A stretch of 64,000 nt of DNA from Piromyces finnis finn (Eukaryota; Fungi; Neocallimastigomycota). This document shows positions 55,501-64,000 of this stretch, piece after piece. The notes beneath the pieces were generated by a model. That model did no database searches, was not told the DNA's origin, and saw only the letters and a list, made by a program, of their open reading frames with translations. Each line of letters begins with the position of its first letter. Within the stretch, counting starts at the first letter, position 1. A program made the translations under genes and the position numbers. The stretch covers positions 496,001-560,000 of the forward strand of contig MCFH01000035.1 in the NCBI GenBank assembly GCA_002104945.1, given 5' to 3'.

Positions 55501-56675
55501 ATGGTGCTATGGCCAATGAACTTAATGCCGGTGATTGGGCTGGTGTTTCCTTCAAGAGAAGTGACACTACCAAATTCGGTAAGTTCACTTTATACTTCAA
55601 GGCTATGGTCAGTGATCCAAAGGCTGTTATTCAAGTAATTCTTCACAACTCTGCTGATGAAGATGATTCCCTCAATGTTGGTAGCTTCAAGGGACTTTCT
55701 GATTCTGAAATGAAAGAATACACTCTTGAAATTGATGAAGAAGCTAAATATGACAGAATTACTATTCAAGATATCTACAACAAGGGATACACTCTTTACC
55801 TTAATGATGTTTTCATTGTTATTCCAGAACAAGAATCTGAACCATCTACTGATGAAGTTAGCGGTACTAAGTATGATATTATTAAGGAAGGAGCTGTCAC
55901 TAGTGAATGGATGAACTGGTCTTGGGGTATCAATGACAGTGAAATTGATGAAAATGGTGCTATGGCCAATGAACTTAATGCCGGTGATTGGGCTGGTGTT
56001 TCCTTCAAGAGAAGTGACACTACCAAATTCGGTAAGTTCACTTTATACTTCAAGGCTATGGTCAGTGATCCAAAGGCTGTTATTCAAGTTGTTGTTCACA
56101 ATTCCTCCGAAGAAGATGATTACACTACTGTCGGCAGTTTCAAGGGACTTTCTGACTCCGAAATGAAGGAATACAGTCTTGAAGTTGATGTCGATGCTAA
56201 ATATGATAGAATTACTATTCAAGATATCTACAACAAGGGATACACTCTCTACATTAATGATGTATACATTGTTGTTCCAGAAAAAGAAGATGAACCAATT
56301 GATGAAAACTGTTGGGCATCTGCTTTAGGTTTCACTTGTTGTAAGGCAACCAAGACTGTCGTTATGGAAGATGCTGATGGTGCTTGGGGTGTTGAAGATG
56401 GTTTCTGGTGTGGTATTGTTGAAGATACTGAAGATACTTGTTGGTCCTCTAAGATTGGTTATCCATGTTGTAAGGAAAACAACGTTATTTACGCCATTGA
56501 CTCTCAAGGTAGTTGGGGTTATGAAAATGATTCATGGTGTGGTATTTCAAAGGTTAACGAAGAATGTGAATTCAATACTCTTGGTTATTCTTGCTGTCCA
56601 GACGCTACTGTCGTTTATGAAGATGACCACAAATGGGGATATGTTAACAACCACTGGTGTGGTGTTACCTTTTAA
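52534..56675 (+). CDS. Cellulosomal GH10 endo-xylanase: signal peptide, GH10, five CBM29-like modules, three fungal dockerins (3 exons, about 1283 aa)
   Basis: Exons 52534-52741, 52855-52997, 53175-56675. GH10 motifs NECK, RGHNLFW, WDVVNE (acid/base), YNDYN, GLQMH, VTEIDV (nucleophile). Five WxxWSWG...YG/WGxxSF...DRxxIQD modules. Three CW...G..CC...WG.E..WCG dockerins. Confidence 0.92.
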
Positions 56676-57582
56676 ATAAAATATATAGAGAAAACAACTC
56701 ACTGAATTTAATTTTTTATTAAAAAAATCTTCCCATTTTGTTTTAATTTTAAAAGATTTAAATAAAATATGATTATATAATATAAATATAAATAAACTTC
56801 TAAAATATATAATATATATTCTTTATAAAAATAAATAATAAATTACTTTCTATTTAATAAAAAAGAATTTAATAATAAATATATAAAATATATATTATTT
56901 TTTTTTTTTTTAAATAAGATCCAAAAAGAAAAATAATAAGAAAAATAATAAGAAAAAATTTTTTTGGAAATACAATTAATAATAAAAAAAAAAAAGGAAA
57001 AGAAAGGAATAAAGAAAAAAACAAGCAAAAGGGAAGATAAATAAAAAAAAATAATAAACAAATAAAATAAAAATAAAAAAAACAATAAACAAAAAATTAT
57101 CATTATTAGAAGTTTTTTTTTTATAAAATTATACATAATAGATATAGAAATTATTGCAATAGAAAGATAATATTATTAATTCGTTTGGTGGTATTAACAG
57201 CTTAATAGTAATATTCAAGTGTCCAAATGTAGTTATAATATTTTACGAAATTCTAATCTAACCATTTATCCATTAATATTTTAATTCAATGGTTAATGAA
57301 ATAATAATTTAGATATAAAGAAAATGAAGAAGATCGATGATCGAATAAATGCTCTTAGTATAAATAGTTAAGGAAAAAATTAATTAAGCTTCAATTTTAT
57401 ATAAAACCTTTTTATTATTTTGATTTATAAAAAAGTTCACTTTTAAATGTTAATAAAGAATCAAATAAAATTTAAAACTCAAATTATTAACAAAAGAATC
57501 TTAAATAAATTTTTAATAAATTTTTATTATTGTCTTTACAAAATTTTTTATCAAACCTTATTTAATAATAAAATAATTCAAC

Positions 57583-60500
57583 CTATTCTCGAAACTCCTG
57601 ATAATTATTAATGTAATTCTCTTGAGAAATAATGTATTTGGATCCTTTCTTCTCAATCTTTATTCCTAGAATATAGTTAATGAGACCACTATTTGATATT
57701 TTAAATTTACTTTTAATTTTGCTTATTTCTCTCTCTATTGTATTTGTTTTTCCAACTATAACCATGTCGTCTACATATAGACCAATTATACATTTTACGT
57801 ATTTGTTTTCTTTTAACGTATAAATACATGGTTCGGATTTTAATGGTTTAAAGTTATTATTTTTCAGGAATTTATCTATTGTTTTATTCCATTGTCTTCC
57901 TGATTGTTTTAAACCATAGAGAGCTTTATTCAGCTTTCAGTATCCTCCCCCAAAGATGCTATCTCCAAGCGGAATTGTGGTGTAAATATCCATATATAAT
58001 GGAGCATTGAAGTAGGCAGCTTTTATATCAAGCTGATATATATCCCACTTAAATTTTACAGCAATAGCAATAATAAATTTTAGACTGTCAATATTTAAAG
58101 TTGGAGAATAGGTTAAGTCAAAATCAATACCTTGTTTTTGACGGAAACCTCTGGCGACAAGTCTAGCTTTAAAACGTACTATTTTATTATTGCTGTCCCT
58201 TTTAACAGCAAAAACTCATTTTGTAGATATGATATTTTCATCTTCCAAGTTTGAATCATCCATAGATTTATTGTTGTTCAGGATATAAGAATGAGAGTCA
58301 CGTGTAATATCAGGAGAATCAGAAATTTTTGAATTTAAATTTATGTTATCATTAATATCCATATTATCAGAGTTGGTAGAATTATCCTGTGTAACATTAG
58401 AATTTATGCTAGAATTATGACGTGGTTTATTTGATTTATCATCCAATAGAATGGCATCATTTTTATTTTGAATTTTTGAATCAATTTTTGAAAAATTTTT
58501 ATTAATAAAAATTTTTTCACGATGATCAGAAATTGAATTTTCAGTAAAATTATCACCAGCATTCTCGGTATAAAGAACATTTTTAGTGGTGAAGTCATCA
58601 GTTGAAGAATTATTATAATATTCATGATTTTTGATAATTTTATTTTTGTTTTTATCAGCAAGAGTTTTACCAAAACAAACGTTATCAGGACCAGGAGTTT
58701 CAGGATATTGGTATTTATTATTTTCGTTGATATTATTTGAAATTTTACAATTTTTCTTTTCGAAATTGCAATTGTCATTTGCAATTTCTTCTAAAACTTT
58801 TAAAATGTCATTTGTGAATTTATAATTATTAAATTTCGAATTTGAATTATTATTTTTATTTTGAGTGTCTTCATTCATGTATAAAGAATTTGTTTTTGAA
58901 TTGTTCATTAGATTACTTTTTGAACTTTCCTTAGTTTGAGAAATAATATTAGTCTTTTTATTACTTTCTTCCTCTTTCCTTTCAGTTTTTTCTTCTATTG
59001 TGTTGTTATATGTTAAATTTTCATCAACCAGGTCCTCGTCCATAGTACTTATATTATCTTCATTTACCATTTTTTCTTCTTCTGCTTCTTCTTCTTCCTC
59101 TTTTACTTCTTCTGCGTTATTATTGTTGTTTGTTGATTCTGAGGGGTCCTTTTTGTCGTAATTGTTAATATTATATGAATCGTTGAAAGAGAAATACGGA
59201 TCGTTTATATTTTTATTTTTATAGGTGTATTGTGCCGGCTTATCTTCACAGCATTCTATTTTCCTAGAATAGTGGATTTTAAGTTTATCACCACATATCT
59301 CCATGACGATATATGAATGATGTGCTTCAATGAACCCAAGAAATATTTCTTCCTTCGAGTTTGGCGCAAATTTTGATCTTTTTAGAGAATAGTCCTTAAA
59401 GTAGCATATGCATCCAAATACCTTTAGATATTTTAGATCGGCTTCCTCGTTCGTAAACACTTCATCAGGAATTAAATTATTGTTTCCTTGATGTAGTATT
59501 TTGTTGTAAATATAACAAGAATATTTAACAGCAAAACTCCAAAAGTCATCAGATATTTTAGCCCAATATAAAAGTGTTTTAGCAGAATTTTGAATAGTTT
59601 GATTTATTCTTTCTGCTTTTCCATTTAATTCATGTATGTAAGGAAGTGAATTTATCTTCGATATACCATTTTCCTTATAATATTTTATAATTTTACTGCA
59701 GTTATACTCTTTAGCACTATCTGTCTTGAATGTTTTGAATTTATATTTGTCAAAAGTATTATTGATATTCTTTAGTAATTCAATAATAATGTCCGGTGCC
59801 TCAGATCTTGACTTAAGAGTATAAATCCAAGGTTTTCTTGAGTATTCATCCAGCATAGTCATAAAATATTTCTTATTATTTACGGATGAATTAAACAGGC
59901 CTGAAATATCAGAGTGAATAGTCTCTAGAACTCTTCCGGCTTTAGGTACGGTCTTGTTGTGGGGAAACTTCTTTATTTTTGATATTTTGCAGTTTAGGCA
60001 AGGTGTTACTTTAATTTTATGTTGATTTAGATATTTCTTCAGATCCTTCTGGTAGAAATGGCCTAATCTCTTATGTCATATACCTAAATCATCTTCAAAG
60101 TTTGCAATGAATGGTTCATTTATCTTTTTATTAATGTTTATGAGTTTAATTTTGAATTGGTTTAATTTATTTGAATATGTTTGCATTATATTTTTATTTT
60201 CAGAGTCCTTGAAAATAAGTCTGACTTTCCCATCATCAGTAATATCTATAATGCTTCTTAAACCAACTTTAGCAAGTCTTACACCACTAATTAAATTCTT
60301 GCTAACTTTATCTGAGTACAAAACTTTTTCTAACTTATAAGTTTTGTCTTTTATCTTAAACTCATATGAACCATAACCACTAAATTCACAGGTAGTTCCA
60401 TTTGCACATCTAAGTTGGATGTGTTCTTCTGTGAAGTTTTCTAAGATATCCTTATTATTAACAATATGTTCGGCGGCACCAGTATCATAGAACCATTCGT

Positions 60501-61770
60501 TGTATTTATTTTCTCCATACACATAATCTATATTCTTTGTGTTAGGAGTGTCTTCCTCTGTAACTTCATCTTTTTCAATGAGGTAAATATTTCTTTCTGT
60601 TAGAGGTCTAATATCTTCAAATTCTACGTTAATGCCATAACTTTCATTGTCGTCATAGTCTTCGATGATATCTACTTCTTGTTCGAATTTCTTTTGTTGT
60701 TTTTTCTTGTGAACTTGCCTCCCTTGTTGTGAATTTCTCTTTTGTTTACTTTGGTTAAAGGCCTTATTGTTGTTTTTTCTTTCCATTTTGGCTTTTTGGT
60801 TGTATTCACACATTTCGGTAGAGTGACCATATTCACAGCAGATATGACAGTAAGTACGGTGGCTTCTATTTATATCTCTTCTGTTACCGTAGCTTTTATT
60901 CTTTGTTGATTTGTTTTCCCTACTAACAAAATCAACATCCATTGGATCATCAACTTCGTCATCTTCATCTTGGTCGTTGTTAATCCAATCCTCGAAGTAG
61001 GATTTGGCATTGATGTAACTTTTGACCTTCTCATAGAGCTGATCAGAAGTTTCATCTAAAGTTACGTTCAATTGGTTCTTGACACTTCGTGGAAGGGAAT
61101 TGTACATATATTTCAACTTTTCCCTTTCACTTAAGGACACTTTTTGCTCAGACATCTCAAGGAAGATTTCCTTGATTTTATCAACGGTTTTACTGACTTT
61201 GCTTACATCTTCAGTATGTAATTTTCTTAATTTCTTTAGCCAGTATTCAATGTCTGCATTAGCGTTACCGTATTTTGTATTCAACTTTTTGAATACTTGG
61301 TAACTATTGGAACTATGACCAATCTCTCTGAGGATCTTTTCATCCACATTTTGAATGATCATAAGGTAGGCATCAGCACTTAGCTTTTCAGCCGCTAATA
61401 TAATCTCGGCCTTATAAATTGACAAGTTTGCCAATTTATTGGCGTCTACAACATTGTTATCAATGTTGCTGCTTGTATTAGCGTCCTCCCCCGTAGTCTT
61501 AAAGAGGGTTTTATAAACGGACGCAAGATTGCTATTAGGACGGTAGTCGGCGGCGTCAGCAATAATCCTCATAATAGCCACATTATATTCATCTTTGAGA
61601 CTAAGGTTTATCTCAAAGTTGTCTTCTTTAATGGTTCCAACTATGTCTTGTTCAAGGTAGCTAGTTAGACCCTGTCTAGTGGCGGCTGCCTTGATTAAAA
61701 GACTCCAAGTATCATAGTTGGACTTTCCATGAAGACGTTGGTCATTGGCTAAAATGAATTGTTTGGACAT
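57583..61770 (-). pseudogene. Copia gag-pol in a single frame with three internal TGA stops
   Basis: CHICCEYGHSTEMC zinc knuckle, WFYDTGAAEH protease, HKRLGH, IHSDISG...LDEYSRK...NGKAER integrase, RFKARLVARGF, LYGLKQSGRQW and YVDD RT. Stops at 60076-60078, 58216-58218 and 57937-57939. Confidence 0.9.
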
Positions 61771-61841
61771 ATTAAAATTTTTTTTTTAATACACAAAATT
61801 TTTGTAATTTTCTTAAGAAATTTTTATTATTGATTAGAGTT

Positions 61842-61855
61842 TGAGACTCTTAATC
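61842..61855 (-). promoter_or_regulatory. Primer-binding site complementary to the anticodon stem-loop of tRNA-Lys(CUU)
   Basis: Minus strand reads CA|GATTAAGAGTCTCA. Its complement UGAGACUCUUAAUC is the typical eukaryotic tRNA-Lys(CUU) anticodon arm ending at about position 40. Confidence 0.75.
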
Positions 61856-62111
61856 TGTGAAATAAATTTAATTAATAAATAATTTTATTAAGGTTAACAA
61901 AGAGAAAAAGTTACATTGTAAACATTATAGGATGTAAGGTCATGTGACCATAGGAAATAAAATAAAATAAATAAAAAATAACTATCTCTACAACACGTAG
62001 ACATTACGTTTACAACACTTTTAATACATGTTTATGTTTTTATGAGTTAATCACGTGTATCATAAATATATGATATAAATAAATAAAATTATGTGTCCAT
62101 AAATGTTCACA
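61856..62111 (-). repeat. Putative copia 5' LTR (256 bp)
   Basis: Bounded by the inverted repeat TGTGAA...TTCACA and immediately followed by a PBS. No second LTR is present to confirm the outer boundary. TGTTG starts at 61995 or 62017 are alternatives. Confidence 0.55.
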
Positions 62112-62447
62112 ATTTTATTTACTATTAATTAATTATATAATTTTACATTATTTAATTTTTATTTATTAATTAATTATATGGAAAGTATAATTTTATTTAA
62201 TATTATACTATAATTAAAATGTAGCCCATTTCAATGTGTAAGAAAAGACGTTATTATATACTTGTATTATGATAATAATAAATATCAATAATTATTAATA
62301 ATAAATAAATATATAATAATAAATAAACTTACACAAATAATTATTTATATAATTGTAATTATATAATATTATAACTATTAGGTATAAAAATAATATAAAA
62401 TTTTTTAATATTATATATTTAAAAACTTAGAGTCTATTAAAAATAAA

Positions 62448-62529
62448 CGTCAGCTGCAGGGTTTGAACCTGCGCGGGCAGAGCCCATCAGATTTCAAGTC
62501 TGACTCCTTAACCACTCGGACAAACTGAC
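62448..62529 (-). tRNA. tRNA-Ser (anticodon UGA), no intron
   Basis: 82 nt. Acceptor stem GTCAGTT/AGCTGAC, D-loop GAGTGGTTAA, anticodon arm TCAGA-CT-TGA-AA-TCTGA, long variable arm, T-loop GGTTCAAACC, discriminator G. Confidence 0.95.
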
Positions 62530-62540
62530 TTCACAGTTCT

Positions 62541-63159
62541 TGTCAAAAAGCGATTTTTTTATTAAAGAAAAGTGTGGTAAGCACACTAGTTATATTAATT
62601 AACAAATATAATACGCTTTCCTATTGAAGGCGTAAAGCTAATAATATTTATATAAAGAAAATTAAATAATATTTTTATTTTAGCAATAACTTAATATCAG
62701 CATATATTAAGTTATTAAAAATATTAAAATTTTTAAAGTTTTAGGTTTTATAGAAGTTTATAAATTTTATTAACTTTAAGTTAAAAAATTACTAACGCTA
62801 AAGCTTCGTAATTTTTGTCAATTTTTGTTCTTTTTATACATGAACAATTTTAATTATTACATTTTTTAATTTTAATTAATTATTATCTAATTATAAAATA
62901 TTTAATTTTTATAAATTAATAATTAATATAATTATTGTAAATAGTTAATAAATTTAAAATAAAATTTTTAATAATAAAATTTTAATAATTTTAAAAAATT
63001 TAATAATTTCAAATATTAGAAATTTTATACTTTGAAATTTTTTAATAAAAATTTAAAAAATAAATTTTTTCAAATTTTCAAATTTTCAAATTTTGAAAAA
63101 ATTTTTAATTTTTTCCATGTGTCCAAATTTTTTAAATTTTTATATATGTTATTGTGACA
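62541..63159 (-). repeat. Putative gypsy 3' LTR (619 bp)
   Basis: Terminal inverted repeat TGTCA...TGACA, directly preceded on the minus strand by a PPT-like tract. The 5' LTR is outside the window. Confidence 0.6.
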
Positions 63160-63561
63160 CTGCCCGTCCTAAGGGTCGTTTCGCCGGACGACCCAAAAAT
63201 TTATGGACACTGGCACGTCATAATAATTTGGACATGGACACTTCCACGACACTTAGAAAAATTTTGAGAATTTTCAAAAAATGGAAATTCACAATTTTTG
63301 AAAAAAAATCTAAGTGTTGAAAAAGTGAAGTGTAAAAGTGTTCAAGAAAAGTTGAGAGGGTATCACGTGGATTCTTCAGAAATGGAGACTACACGTGAAG
63401 GTTAGGGAAATGATATGACTCGAGGGGAAGCGGATTTTGGGGTGCGGAAAAGGTTGCGAAATTTGAGGGTTGAGGGCAAAGGCGAAAGAGGGTGGTTGGG
63501 TAGCGGAATAGTGGTTGGTAGTTGTAGTGGTGGCGACTAGTGGGTAGCGGAGTTGTGGGTA

Positions 63562-63741
63562 GTAGGTGGGGTAGTGGCGATAGGTGGGTAGTGAAGGAGT
63601 AAGAGTGGTAGACACTAGTAGGTGGGGTAGTGGCGATAGGTGGGTAGTGAAGGAGTAAGAGTGGTAGACACTAGTAGGTGGGGTAGTGGCGATAGGTGGG
63701 TAGTGAAGGAGTAAGGGTGGTAGACACTAGTAGGTGGGGTA
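63562..63741 (+). repeat. G-rich 56-bp tandem repeat, about 3.2 units
   Basis: Units start at 63562, 63618, 63674 and 63730 (GTAGGTGGGGTAGTGGCGATAGGTGGGTAGTGAAGGAGTAAGAGTGGTAGACACTA). Confidence 0.92.
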
Positions 63742-63760
63742 CTAATAAGTGGGGTCCAGA

Positions 63761-64000
63761 TTAAGAATCTGGGACGGAATTGGTGAATTGTTGGTAAGCG
63801 CGACGTTGGTAATCAGCTAAAAGGGTGCTGTAGTAGTCATCCTTATCAATGGTGTCAGCATTGATCCAACGTTGAGATAAGTCAGTAAAAGTGACTAAGT
63901 ACTCGTAAAAATGACCCGATTTACGAGAACTAAGGATCTTGGTGATTTCATTGGAGTTGGGATGGTTGAGCAATAGATGGTGAGGAGTGGGATGATATGG
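63761..64000 (-). CDS. C-terminal chromodomain of a retrotransposon integrase (partial)
   Basis: The frame is open to the window edge. ITKILSSRKSGHFYEYLVTFTDLSQRWI resembles a chromodomain core (I..IL..R.....EYLV.W....W). Confidence 0.68.
   Translation of the reverse strand, partial: PYHPTPHHLLLNHPNSNEITKILSSRKSGHFYEYLVTFTDLSQRWINADTIDKDDYYSTLLADYQRRAYQQFTNSVPDS

Larger units (their letters stand above)
57583..62111 (-). mobile_element. Ty1/copia LTR retrotransposon, 3'-truncated (no RNase H or 3' LTR visible)
   Basis: Putative 5' LTR at 61856-62111, PBS, then gag, protease, integrase and RT in one frame. Similarity ends abruptly after ISQENYINN near 57600. Confidence 0.88.
62541..64000 (-). 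mobile_element. 3' end of a chromodomain-containing Ty3/gypsy element (chromovirus); continues beyond the window
   Basis: Chromodomain ORF end, 3' UTR with tandem repeats, polypurine-like tract AGGACGGGCAG (63160-63170), then TGTCACA starting a putative 3' LTR. Confidence 0.7.

Noticed and set aside
53732-56679. Many short ORFs overlapping the xylanase
   Set aside because: They arise from the strong codon bias and internal repeats of the real gene.
57937-60078. Genome-wide alternative genetic code (UGA = Trp)
   Set aside because: Host and LINE genes in the window use TGG for Trp, and TGA terminates genes such as RAM2 (33711-33713) and the LINE ORF. The effect is confined to the copia element.
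63060-63310. Imperfect inverted repeat around the PPT/LTR boundary suggesting a MITE
   Set aside because: Only a short CCATG(TG)TCCAAATT core matches and the rest is A/T homopolymer similarity. No TSD was found.

Overview
Very AT-rich, intron-rich eukaryotic DNA, most likely from an anaerobic gut fungus (Neocallimastigomycota). That assignment is inferred from fungal dockerins, CBM29-like modules, solute-binding-protein/class C GPCR fusions and the extreme AT content. Host genes in order: secreted LRR + 3x chitin-binding protein, ATG12, two ankyrin-repeat paralogues, a Sec7-domain protein with a degenerate catalytic motif, a 15-exon CDK5/Pho85-like kinase, farnesyl/geranylgeranyltransferase alpha subunit, BBS2, two tandem SBP-GPCRs, a GH10 xylanase with five CBM29-like modules and three dockerins, and tRNA-Ser(UGA). 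Mobile DNA: two full-length single-ORF LINE copies with separate TSDs, a 5'-truncated LINE of a related family, a decayed Ty1/copia element, and the 3' end of a chromodomain Ty3/gypsy element. Strongest leads: (1) a 124-nt tandem monomer at the exact 5' end of the LINE that folds into three hairpins, with structure-preserving substitutions and a possible pseudoknot (candidate new structured RNA or ribozyme); (2) a minor-spliceosome AT-AC intron in the kinase gene; (3) a chromovirus LTR ending 11 bp upstream of a tRNA gene; (4) a copia PBS complementary to the anticodon arm of tRNA-Lys(CUU), in an element whose only internal stops are three TGA codons at Trp positions. All exon models, folds and alignments were done by eye, and no database search was run.
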